Part shown: positions 46,694-59,100 of the stretch, piece by piece
How positions within the stretch are numbered: the first letter of the stretch is position 1
How the letters are laid out: every line of letters begins with the position of its first letter
Assembly: GCA_043228905.1 (NCBI GenBank)
Contig: JBHGNT010000005.1
Coordinates: 4,774,001 to 4,838,000 of the forward strand
DNA: 64,000 nucleotides
From: Azolla caroliniana
Lineage: Eukaryota; Plantae; Polypodiophyta
Direction of reading: 5' to 3'
Notes under the pieces: model-generated
Told to the model about the DNA's origin: nothing
Seen by the model: the letters and a program-made list of their open reading frames with translations, nothing else
Databases searched by the model: none
Position numbers and translations under genes: made by a program

Positions 46694-49600
46694 TGTTGAA
46701 CAACAGTGCTCAGCCACAACCGAGGAATAGGATTGATTCACAGAAAACGGGAAATACACGAAATGCACAAAGACAATAGAGAGAAGAGTACACAGGATGT
46801 TTTACGTGGAAAACCCTAAATGGGAAAAACCACGGGAGTCCTCCAACTCCAACTATCACTATACACAGAGATGTACAATGGTGAAGCTACAAGGCAACAA
46901 CCTTGAGCTCACTGCCTTCGCCACAGGCGGCGGTATTACACAGAGGCGTCGACCTCTTCCTTCCTCTCTCTCTCTCTCTCGGCAGCTCTCACTTTGCTCT
47001 CTCTCGGCTGAAAACATAAAAATGAGCAACAACATTTAAACTGTTTGCCCTAAGTCATATTTATACACATATGACTTTCGGGCTATTTACAAATATAGCC
47101 TCAAGGGCTCTTGGCAAAACATATTCACAAATATGTCCCCGCATCCGGATCTCTCTCCGGGTACATTCGTCATCCGGCTCCGGAACCGGGGTCTTCAGCA
47201 TCCGGCTCCGTAGCCGGGGTATTCATCATCCGGCTCCGTAGTCGGGGTCTTCATCATCCGGCTCCGTAACCGCAACCGGGCTTGCCGTCATTCATCTCCG
47301 GACATCCCATCCGGAGGGACCGAAATCCCAACAAACTCCCCCTTCACTTCGGCATGGGATGTCTCTCCAACCCGATCCTCTTCCGGCATGCTTCCAGCTT
47401 GTCGGGTGTGAGCACCTTGGTCAGCATATCCGACCCGTTCTCGTCCGTGTGGATCTTCGTCAGCACGAACTCCTTGTCTTCTATCCTTTCCCGGATCCAG
47501 TGGTATCTACGCTGGATGTGCTTCGTCCGGGAGTGATAGGCCGCGTTCTTCGCAAGGTGGATGGCACTCTGACTGTCGCAGTAGAGTCGGTACTCCTCCT
47601 GCTGGATACCGAGCTCTCTAATGAAGTCCTTCATCCATATTATTTCCTTGCCGGCTTCAACAGCCGCCATGTACTCCGCCTCCGTGGTTGACAACGCAAC
47701 TGTCTTCTGCAGCCTCGACTGCCATGAAACAGCTCCCCCTGCATAGGTCATCACATACCCGGATGTAGACCAGCTGGTATCTGCATCAGCCGACATATCC
47801 GAATCGGTAAAACCGTCAAGTTCGGGCTTACCGGAGCCGAATCGGAGGCACACGTTTGCCGTGCCCTTCAGGTATCGGAGTATCCACTTGACCGCGTTCC
47901 AGTGCTCTTTGCCAGGGTTGCTCATGTACCGGCTTACCACTCCGACTGCATATCCTATGTTCGGTCTCGTACACACCATGGCGTACATCAAGCTCCCGAC
48001 GGCTGAGGCATATGGCACTTTCATCATATCCTCCTTTTCAGCCTTTGTCTTGGGACTTTGCTTGTTGGACAGCTTGCAGTTTGCCGGGAGGGTCGATCCG
48101 ACCGGTCTTGCTTCCGACATGTTGAACCGTTTAAGCACCTTTGTCACGTACTTCTCCTGTGACAGCCACAACTGCTTCTTTCTCCGGTCCCGGATGATGT
48201 GCATCCCTAGTATTTGCCTCGCCGGACCCAGGTCCTTCATTGAGAAGGTTCGGTGAAGAGCCTTCTTCAGCATCCGTATCTTGACCTGGTCCCGTCCGAC
48301 GATCAACATGTCGTCCACGTATAGGAGGAGTATTAGAAAGTCTCCTCCGTCGAACTTCTTCACAAACACGCAGTGGTCGGACTGCGTTTTGCAGTACCCT
48401 TCATCGGTCATGAAGGAGTCAAACTTTCGGTACCACTGCCGGGGAGCCTGCTTCAAACCATAAAGGCTCTTCTTCAACCGGCATACCAAGTGCTCCTTCT
48501 CTTTTTTCTCGAATCCTTCCGGTTGCTGCATGTATATCTCTTCTTCGAGGTCACCGTGAAGGAATGCCGTCTTCACGTCCATCTGTTCTACCTCGAGATC
48601 CATGCTTGCCGCTATGCTCAGCACCGTCCGGATAGAGGTCATCTTCACTACCGGGGCAAATATCTCGTCGAAGTCGACGCCCTTCTTCTGCTGGAACCCC
48701 TTCACCACGATCCTGGCTTTGTATCTCAGGGGGTTTCCGGCATCTCCCGGTTTCAGCTTGAACACCCACTTGTTACGGAGTGCCCGTTTTCCTTTCGGCA
48801 ACTCCACAAGTTCATATGTGTGGTTCTCATGCAGGGAATCCATCTCCTCCTGCATGGCACTTAACCACCTGCGGCTATGGGTGTCAAGTTTTGCTTCTTC
48901 AAAACTCTCCGGCTCCCCCTCGTCGGTTAGCAACACATGCTCTGGTTCCGGAAATCTCATACGTCGCCGTCGACATTGCCTCAGCCCAAAATCCCTTGGG
49001 TAATTTCGCATGCGCCAGCATACTCCGGACCCTCTCCATTATGGTCCGGTTCATCCTCTCGGCCAGCCCGTTCAGTTCTGGCGTCTTCGGCACAGTAAAC
49101 TCGAGCCGGATTCCCTTCGAGCGACAGTACTCCTGGAACTGCCCCCGGTATTCCCCTCCGTTATCCGCTCGTATCGCTTTCAGCTTCTTGCCGGATTCCC
49201 TTTCCACTCTCGCGTGAAGTTCTTTGAAGACGCACAACACTTGGTCCTTTGTCTTCAACGGTGCCGTCCACAGCTTCCGGCTGTGGTCATCAATGAATGT
49301 CACGAAGTACTGGGCTCCGCCATGTGACTTCGTTTCTACTTGACACACGTCAGTGTGCACCAGCTCCAATGGTGCGCTACGTCTCGTCGGTGGCCTTGAG
49401 TGGAAGGAGGTCCGGTTTTGCTTACCGGCCAGGCAGTCGGTGCACTTCTCCAGGTGCACATGCTTCACTGGAATAAGGTTGTCTTCTGCAAGCCTCTTCA
49501 TCCCCTTCTCACTCATGTGGCACAGTCTCTTGTGCCACAGCTCACCGGCAGTGTCGGCTGCCACGTTCAGCTCCTCCGGACATAGCCGGGAATTCATCAG

Positions 49601-51518
49601 GTACAGTGTGTTGACCTTCCGGGCCCGAGCCACTATCAGGCTCCCCTTGCTGAACTTCATGACACCGTTCCGGATGCTGCCCGTGTAGCCTTCATCGTCT
49701 AGCCTCCCGGCCGAAATCAGGTTCAATCGGACCTCCGGAACATGTCGTACATCCTTCAGCAGCATCTTGCATCCGGTTGATGTCATCAGCCACACGTCTC
49801 CTATGCCGGCAATCCGGCATGTGCCTTCATTTCCCATCCGGACACAGCCATGCTCACCGGCTGTGTAGGATGAGAAGTATTTCTTCTCCGGGGTCAGGTG
49901 GAACGACGCTCCGGAATCGACCACCCAGGTCATCTCTACACCGGCAAGGTTCAGCTCCCTCTCTTCGGTAATGAGCATTATCTCTTCTTCACTTGCCGCG
50001 AGTGCCGTCGTTCCTTTCCGGTCCTGCCCTCGCCGATCCGGACCTCTCCGGTCCGTGGCTCCTCGGTATGCACCGTTTCTCTTCGGTGACTTCTTCGAAT
50101 CGGTGTCGTCGGCTCCGTTGTCCTTTCGGTAATGCCGACAATTCTTCCGGAAGTGCCCCGGCTTCCCACAGTGGAAGCATGTGGGTCTTCCTCTTGACTG
50201 CAACCGGGTCCCCGACTTCTCCCGTCTTTGCGGACTCCGGTTCCATTGTCTTCCCCGATCCGATTCGGTAAGCAGCATCTTCGGATCGGAAACCGGTTCT
50301 TTATCTCTCCGACGCGCTTCTTCGTTCAAAATGCTTGTCTTTACCGTTTGTAGAGACAAGTTATCTTCGGTGCAGGAGGTGCTGAGAGTCACCACCAAGT
50401 TCTCCCAGCTTTCCGGCAATGTAGACATCAGAATGATGGCTTGCATTGCATCCTCCAACGGGAACTTGATCGCCGCAAGCTGGTTCACGAATCCCATGAA
50501 CGTGCTCACGTGTTCCACCATATTCTCGCCGTCCCGGTACTTGAGGTTCACTATCTTCCTCATCAGGGAGGTCCGGTTCAACGCATTCTTCCTCTCGTAG
50601 AGGCCCGACAGCTTCTTCCACATCTCATATGCGTTGGTGTCGTTCGCCACATGTTGCAGAACACTTACATCTACATATTGCCGGATCGTCGCTACGGCTT
50701 TCCGGTTCAGGAGCTTCCACTCCGACTCTATTACCCCCTTGGGTATCTCGGCATTGTCGATCGGTTCGTACAGGTCTCAGACGATGAGGAGGTCTTCCAT
50801 CTTTATCTTCCAGTCGGCGTAGTTCTGTGAGTTCAACACCATCATGCCCGGAGGCCCACTACCGCTGCCTTCCATTTTCTGTGTTAACCTCGCTCTGATA
50901 CCACTTTGTTGAACAACAGTGCTCGGCCACAACCGAGGAATAGGATCGATTCACAGAAAACGGGAAATACACGAAATGCACAAAGACAATAGAGAGAAGA
51001 GTACACAGGATGTTTTACGTGGAAAACCCTAAATGGGAAAAACCACGGGAGTCCTCCAACTCCAACTATCACTATACACAGAGATGTACAATGGTGAAGC
51101 TACAAGGCAACAACCTTGAGCTCACTGCCTTCGCCACAGGCGGCGGTATTACACAGAGGCGTCGACCTCTTCCTTCCTCTCTCTCTCTCTCTCGGCAGCT
51201 CTCACTTTGCTCTCTCTCGGCTGAAAACATAAAAATGAGCAACAACATTTAAACTGTTTGCCCTAAGTCATATTTATACACATATGACTTTCGGGCTATT
51301 TACAAATATAGCCTCAAGGGCTCTTGGCAAAACATATTCACAAATATGTCCCCGCATCCGGATCTCTCTCCGGGTACATTCGTCATCCGGCTCCGGAACC
51401 GGGGTCTTCAGCATCCGGCTCCGTAGCCGGGGTATTCATCATCCGGCTCCGTAACCGCAACCGGGCTTGCCGTCATTCATCTCCGGACATCCCATCCGGA
51501 GGGACCGAAATCCCAACA
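46694..51518 (-). mobile_element. Copia element C3, close relative of C2, with ~545-bp internal deletion, TSD TCTAT
   Basis: LTRs 46694-47333 and 50907-51518; PBS-iMet 50892-50903; TCTAT on both sides; peptides nearly match C2. Confidence 0.97.
47344..50875 (-). pseudogene. C3 gag-pol, frameshifted by the deletion at ~48959
   Basis: ORFs 48899-50650 and 47344-49011; integrase C-terminal region missing relative to C2. Confidence 0.9.
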
Positions 51519-54500
51519 TCTATCAGCAGCAAGGCGTACCGAACGCAGGGCGGAGAGAACCTGCTGTTCGGAGAAGTGGCTCACGCCATGATGGAATACG
51601 GATTCGTGAATCCCTGTCCCCCGGCCATAGCCAAGTACCGGGCAGCGTTCTTAATAGCAGCGTACGAAGGCTTACAAATAGATTGGCTCCATTTCATAAC
51701 CGAAGGATTGAAGGAGGCCATCAAAAATCTTGTGGAAGGAAAAAAGCCATGGGCCGGGATAGCACAATGGCTAACGGTGTTAGTCCCACCGGTGCTCCCC
51801 ATCACACAAAAGAAAAGAGGTCGGCAGGAGACGACGCCAAAAAAGGTCACAAAGCGCCGACAGATCTTGGAGAAACACACCCCCGGATGGACCCAGCAAG
51901 AAGCAGAACAGCGGGGGGAAGGACCATCCCGACAGCAACAGGAACCGGCAACAAAGGCAAAACCGGCAGGTAAAGGCAAAGGGAAATCGGCCGAGGAGGA
52001 ACCGGTAGCGCGCAAACCAATCCATATAACGCTGCGACGGCCGGAACCAGAACCAGAGGTCTTTATACAAAAGGTCTGCCTAGTAGCCGCACCGGAGGAG
52101 GAAGCTGAAACAGAAGACTCATCCGAACCACTGGTAAGACTCCCAGCAAGACAGGGTCGGGAGAGACGGGCGAAAGGACCGGCTCCACCAGTTGACAAAA
52201 CTCAGCAGAGGGCGCAAGGACCACCTCCAGTAGCCGAGGCGGAAGCAGTACCGGAACCCGTACCGAGGGAAGCAACATCGACACCGGTTGCGCCGGACTT
52301 TAGAGAACCAGTCATCCCAGAGAAGAAGAATGAACAAGCGCCGGAGCCAGAGAAAAGGCCGGAGAAACAGCCTGAGCAAGGCCACCCCGACACAAGAAGA
52401 ACAAAGCCACAATGGTTGAGATGGCTTTCGGAGCAGTTATCGGGAGTAGCGGACCAGTTAGAGAAAGAAGAAACGTGTAGGCAATAGCTGACGCATACAA
52501 CAACTCAGGAGTTGGTCGCGCTCCGAACACAGATCGAGGAAATGCAAGGGGAGTTGTTGTAGGCAAGGGAAGGAATTCAACAAGCACAAGTTGTCACCGA
52601 GCCGGTCGGGACAACAAGGAAGCAACCAGAACCAGAACCAGAACCGGTAGCCTTGCAAACCGGCCCTGAGACCGAAAAAATAATAAAAACCTTACGAGAG
52701 GAATTAAAAGCTCAGGAGGCATTAAGGGAAAGAGAAAGGGAGCAGCGGAAAGCGGTGGAGGACGACAGACGAAAAATGGAAGAAGGCCTCCGGAAAGGTC
52801 GAGCCACTAATGACCTACTGCAAGAAGAAAAAGAGAAGCTGCAAAAGGAGAAGGACCGACTGCGTCGACATGCCGAGCAGGAGATAGAACGACTGCAGGA
52901 AGAACTTCGACAACAGAAGGACCGGGACGATCGGTTAAGAGCTCAGGCAAACCGACGCCTGAAGCAGAAGACGGAGGACTTCGACCGTCTCTACCGAGAT
53001 CACAAGCAGGCCAAGTCGGACAATAAGAAATGGGCAGCAGACTACGACCGGCAAATAGAGAAGCTGAAAGAACAGCTCAACGAGACCCGATTAGACCTGG
53101 CTAAGGAATAGATGAGGTCAGTGCCAACAAGGAAGCATTGTCGGCGGAAATAGCCCAAGCGACGGAGAGAAGGAAGGAATTAGAGGCGCTAAGGTGGGAA
53201 AAGCTGGATCTGACCAAGATCAGGAATGAAGAAAAGGAAAAATCGACCTTCACGATCAGCAAACTGCAAAGTACCTATGAAAAGCAGAAAGCAGATTACG
53301 AGGCCCAGGCTCAGATAATGGCCGACATTATAAAACGGGCAAGGAAGGAAAAGCAAGAAGCTTATGCGCATGCTAAGGCAGGGGTTGACCGGATCAAGCT
53401 CATCATGTCAGGATGGAGTACCCGAGCTCAGGCAAGCATCAACGAAAGTACGGAAAAGCTATGGAAGGAGTGGTCACAACAGGCAGCCGAGCTGCAGATA
53501 CTCCGAGCGGATGCCGAGAATCGGAGGAAGACCGGTGACAAGTTCTACAAGATGGATGAGGAAAGTATCGTCGCCATTCGGGAAGAATTGTCGGAAGATT
53601 TCTACACTTTAGCGGAAGAACATCTCAAAGAAATCCGAGGGTTGGTAGAGAGGTTGGATGACGGGCAGCTACGAGAGATACGAGCAGGACTGGTTACGAC
53701 AGGAAGCTAAGGGAAGAACGATGCCAATCACTATAAGTGAGGGAGAGCGACCGGCTGAAGTTGAACCAACCGACACCGAACAACCCCGACGAGGAATACC
53801 CGAAGAAGAACTTCCGTTCGAAGGAGAAGAAGAAGAGTAGGAGCAGACCGATTCTGGAGAAGAAGAAGAGCTGAGACCGGAAGACACCAGAGCAGAGGAA
53901 GAAGGCGTACCGAGCCAACCAGTCGAGACCGGAGAAAGCGACACTGGTAACAGAACAGAGCCTGGAACAGAGGGAGAACAGGAAGAACCCGGACGAAGCG
54001 GTGAGGAACCACCGGCACCACAGAATCAAGCAGAGCCGGAGCAGCAAATTTTTACGGAACAGCCCACCCAACCGGAGGTCGGAGACCAGGCAGGCAAGGA
54101 ACAGGAACAGGAGGAAGAAGCACCACTTGACACCATCGAGCAGAGTGTGCTTGGTATTTTGGAGGAAGAATGAGGCCGGGAGTGGATTCGAAGTGCAAGG
54201 CACTTTCCCATGGGCATGCCATGTGTTGGCCGGTCAGAAGAGCAAGGACAAGTGGGAAGGCGGAGTCGGATCGGATAATAGGAAGTAAATAATAGTAGAA
54301 TTATTATTCGGAGGGACGGATCCGGTACAGTTGTACCGATCCGGATCTGGACCGATTCGGATGTCGGTTGCCTAAGCGCACCGATTGTAACCTTGCCGGA
54401 TGCCTATAAAAGGATCCGATGATTTGTAAAGGGTTTGAGGGAAAGTAATACAATAGTAATTATTGCGTGTTTATCTGTATCTCGTATTGTTTACCGTCTG

Positions 54501-54613
54501 TGCTTAATTGTAATCATCTTACGCGTGTAACCTAGCATCCAATCCTTACCACCCCTTTGGAGAAGTGTCGGATAGACACCTGTGTTGAGGCTAGTCCGGC
54601 CAGGCAGACAACA

Positions 54614-55023
54614 TCGACCAATAGCATTGATTGGAGCTCGAAGAAGGAGGGAGATTTCTCCCGTGCTAGAACGGCGGTTCGCATCGCGCCAAACCGTGGT
54701 GCGAGGCCGCCGAGGCATATTTGCACCATCTCATCACCATCTATACTTACGCTTATTGAGCCGAGCGAGTCGCAAAGCTCCTTGATCTTCAATGTGTATG
54801 TCGTGATGGACATATCCCTTTGTTGAATGTTGTTCAACTCTTGGCGGAGTTAAAGCTTCCTCGCGGTCGTGTTGGCGGCGAAAATCTTTCGTAGATTTTC
54901 CCACGCTTCCTTCGGCGTCTTGGCTTCTCGAATGTAACCGAGCATGTGGTCGTGAACACATGTCGCCAAACAATACATCACGCGGCTTGCGGCTTGCTCC
55001 CATGTCGCGTATCCGGGAGCCAT
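54614..55023 (-). pseudogene. C4 gag middle segment
   Basis: AKTPKEAWENLRKIF, KIKELCDSLGSI, LGGLAPRF. Confidence 0.88.
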
Positions 55024-55718
55024 TGTCGTGGCGTGGCTCGCCTAGAAGCGTAGCGTTGCGTAGACAAAGGATAACGTGAAAGTGAGGAAGGAATCACTGG
55101 GATTATGGACGGAAGAGACGAAAGAGTAGAGATAGATAAATAGTGATCAACAAGATATGACAAGATAGGATATAGAATGATATTTGAAGCAATAAAAGAG
55201 ATTTATAATTATTTGATAAAAGAGTTACAAAATGATTGTACATGTCGTTGAACCTCCGAACTTTGTCTTGCAAGGTGATCGCTCTTCTCTTTCTTGATCG
55301 TAGACCACTACAATCTTCACTTCAATATTTTGATGAAGATAAGGCTCGAACCACCTCCCTCTTGTTGAGAGTTGACCACCACGACCGCCAAGCTAGAGCT
55401 CCACCTTTATGTTAAACTTCTTCCCTTCTTTATCTATTTTTGTGGTATCTCTTATGTAATACATAATTTGATTGATATCTCATACATATCCCCCTTTGGT
55501 CTTCTCTTTCACCATTTAAATAGGTGCCCCCATGCATATGATGCATTGGAGGGTACAAGTCATGCATGTAGTGCATGAAATGCATGTGATGCATGATCGC
55601 CATTTGGCGTTCATGCATTACATGTGATGCATGATAAACATCTCGCTCATTTGAGCTTTTATGTATGAAACAATATATGAAATAACAATAAACATAAAAA
55701 TATAATCTTAAAGAGAAA

Positions 55719-55930
55719 GGGCCTAGCCTAATGGTAGGTGTGTTGACTTTGGTGTGAGGTTGTGGGTTCGAGTCTCAAAATGTTGTTGAATACAACATAC
55801 AACTTTATTTTTATATCATGATGCAAATCCTTTATGTAATATAAAGTATGCTTTATTTTATGTATATTACTAGTATAGAGTAAATGGTAAGATTTGAGAG
55901 TCATAGGGTGGGGTTATTGGTTCAAGTCCT
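55719..55930 (+). promoter_or_regulatory. Two tRNA-like Pol III A/B-box modules in the G2 LTR (also at ~62550-62760)
   Basis: TAGCCTAATGG 55724 with GGTTCGAGTCT 55765; TAGAGTAAATGG 55876 with GGTTCAAGTCC 55919. Confidence 0.55.
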
Positions 55931-56165
55931 CTCTTGTTCGTGTAATATAATATATTTATCTATATATATATATATATATATATTATTTTTCTTTACATAT
56001 ATATCTAATATTATCATATGTGTTGTTAATATTATCTTTATATATAAAACATTATCAAATGTTATTTTAGTTACATATTTATCTTATTGTAGACTTTTAA
56101 TGTGAAGCTTTCGTACTTCACGACATCCACCCCCTCTAGACCTGCACATCCTCCGGCATGTGCCA

Positions 56166-59100
56166 CTATCTTTCATCTTCATGTTGATCTATTGGAGGAG
56201 GTTCAAGCTCAAACCTTTTCTTAAATACTTTTATCCTCTTTCCAGCTACCACGTTTAGGATTAGTGTCCCATCCAATTCACTAAGCTTATAAGTAAAGTT
56301 ATCATATACTTTTCTTACTATATAAGGCCCAAACCATCTTTCAGCGAACTTGCGAACAGTGCTATGTTGATTATCTAAACTGCTATCATACACAAGCACC
56401 CAATCTCCTTCTTCTATTTTCTCAGGTCGAATTCTATGACTTTTATCAAAACGGATTTTATTCTTTAGTCGAGCCTCCTTCAATCGTTGGGCTGCTATTT
56501 CTATATCTTCAGGTCGACGCTCTAATTGTTGAATTCGCAAAGCAAGCAATTCTTCTCTGCTCACCTCTTCTCTCCATGGAATAGATATCCATGACATAAT
56601 TGATTCTTCTATCGGCATGATGGGCTTTTGGCCAAGTATCAATTCAGCTGGCATGTATCCTGTTACTAAACTATGAGTTGTTCGATCCGCCCATAGTGCA
56701 TAAGGTAGCATGCGTGGCCAATCTCTTATTTTACCTTTACAGCTTTTCACTATCGCCTTAACTATTGGGCTATGTCCTCTTTCAATCTTTCCATTGGCTT
56801 CTGGATTATACGCAGTTGTAAGTGATAATTTGACCCCTATTCGGCTGAAGAATTCTCTAGCTTCATCAGAGTCAAGTTCTCCTCTATCTGCAATTATTTT
56901 ACCAACACACCCGTAACGACATATTACATCTTCTAACAAAAATTTACATACAGCTCTAGTTGTTTTTTGTCGTAGTGGTCTTCCTTCTACTTGGTTTGTA
57001 AGGTCTTCTCTTGCTAGTACTAAATATCGCATTTGACCTTCCCCAAGTGGCATTGTCACTAGATCGACCATCCATTTATAATGCATTGATGATGAATATG
57101 TTGGTTTCAGCTCATCTCGATACCGGATAGTTGAATACCTCTGGCAAACCTCACAGGTTTCCACAAATTTCGTTACATCTTTGTACATATGTGGCCACCA
57201 ATACTTTTCTTTCAACTTCATAAATGTCGCCCATATGCCTCTATGTCCTGCCCACAAACTATCATGGAATTCATTAATTAATTTTCTCTTAATGTCATCC
57301 TTACAAATGACTCGAAGAGGATTTTCGGTTGGCCTTTTTGGACGCCTCCATAAATTCCCTTCATGTAAAAAAAACTTGAATGCTCGTCTTCGAAATTCAT
57401 TTAATTGTTTCTTCGACCATGATGGGTTGGCTTCTTGAGTCTTTAGAAAATTTCCTATTTCTAACCATTGACCTTCATACTCCACATCTTTGAACATTAT
57501 ACTTACATTAAACTCATCATGAGGCGTAATAGATTCTTGATGAGCAAATTGATGGCTTGTAGTTGCCCAGTTCTTATCTTCAGTTTGCATCACCTTTTCA
57601 TTTATGAACCTTGCCCTTGACAACATATCTACAACTGGGTTGTCTTTTCCCTTTATATGCCGCAATTCTGGGTTCATGGTTCTGATGTATGCAATCCACC
57701 GAAGCATTGCAATATCTGGTGTCGTGCAACTTGCTATCATTCCAATGAGTGGCAAACAATCTGTTTCAACCACGACATCTGCTCCAACCAAGTAATCTCT
57801 ATCTGTTTTTAATGCAGTAAGCAAACCCCACAATTCTCGTTTAACTTGTGCATAGTTTCTTTGTCTTTCATTTAATATCTTTGCTCCAAATCTGATAGCA
57901 TATCGATGTTGGTCTTCATCTTCTTGGTTGATAACCCAACCAATCCCGATTGGGCTAGTATCAACTGTTACTATAATTGGTCTTTCACCTTTGTAGTCTG
58001 GTTGACGAAGAACTGGTGCTTTCAGTAATGCTTCTTTCAGCTGTTGAACAACTTGTGTATGTTCATCAGTCCAAATAAACTTCTTTCCTTTTCTTAAAAG
58101 TTGGTAGAGAGGATCTGAGACATGTGCAAAGTGTGGTAACCAAATATGATAAAACACACATGCACCCAAAAATCTTCTCACCTCTGTTACCGAGTCGCAA
58201 ACTTCCTTCATATTTTGTATTGCGTTAATTTTGATCGGTGAAGGCTTCCTCCCATACCACCCACACATATGACCAACTATTAGAACTTCGTTTTGCCCAA
58301 AGCAAGACTTTGTTCCTGATAGTGTCAAATGTACCTGCTCAAGCTTATTTAAAATACTTTCACAGTCATTAATGTGATCCATCACAAACTTTCTGCAACC
58401 ATTTCCAACCATAGTCTCATCTTTCTCTCTTTCTAAGCATCCCTTAATAGGAATATCATCTAAAAATGGCATAGTTACCTTTGGGATGTATTCATGTAGA
58501 ACTTTGTTCATTGCATTCATCATATGAGCAACCGAATTCGTCGCACCTTGAGGTAGAGTGCACATTCGAACCAACCCAATTGGTGTTTTCATTGTTGTGA
58601 TGTTGCGACTATCAATTGCTAGTTGAAATTGGTCGTATCCTGAATATAGGTCTCCCATAGAGTAAATCGCTCTTCCAGCAAACGCTTCCGCAAATTCATC
58701 AACGATCGGTCCAATTCCCGCATTTCGGATTGTGACTTTGTTGACTGGTTGTAGATCTTGAATGAATCTTAGAGAACCATCTTTCTTTGGAACTGTGAAC
58801 CATCTATTGGAGTATGGTGCATTTGAAGGCTCTAAAATCTTCATCTTGACTTTATCCTTCAGCAACTCCAACAATTGAGGTAATCGAGCTCTCGGTACTG
58901 CAATAGGTTTAAAATTCCAAGGAATATGAGGGATAGTAAATATTACCATTGGCGTCACCACCTTTGGATTTACACAACCAATCTCCTCAGCTTTGAATGC
59001 AAACGCTTTCCCATGCCTAAAGATCATTTCTTTGAAAGTCACGATCTCTGATTGCAGAAGAAATTCACCCCTTCCGATTCTCAAGTTATTTATTGTCTCC

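Larger units (their letters stand above)
46458..54173 (+). pseudogene. G3 extra 3' ORF(s): globular N-terminus, Pro/Glu linker, long coiled coil, acidic tail; split by C3
   Basis: MVLSKEARQW...GEYSI joins in frame to SSKAYR after removing C3 and one TSD; continues through TAG stops to 53710; acidic ORF 53721-54173. Confidence 0.8.
39770..54613 (+). mobile_element. Full-length Ty3/gypsy element G3 (Athila/Tat-like) with extra 3' ORF, TSD TCGAC
   Basis: 390-bp LTRs 39770-40159 and 54224-54613; TCGAC at 39765-39769 and 54614-54618; PBS TGGCGACCAC (~40166-40175, tRNA-Arg-like). Confidence 0.96.

Noticed and set aside
47160-47280. 28-bp repeats in C2/C3 LTRs as a CRISPR-like array
   Set aside because: Head-to-tail degenerate units with no unique spacers, inside LTRs of a eukaryotic element.
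51324-51523. N-terminus of the 387-aa ORF 51324-52487 as a true start
   Set aside because: The first ~65 codons are C3 LTR read in frame by chance; the real N-terminus is at 46458.
55719-55795. Functional tRNA gene
   Set aside because: A and B boxes are present but I could not form acceptor and anticodon stems; reported only as a tRNA-like module.
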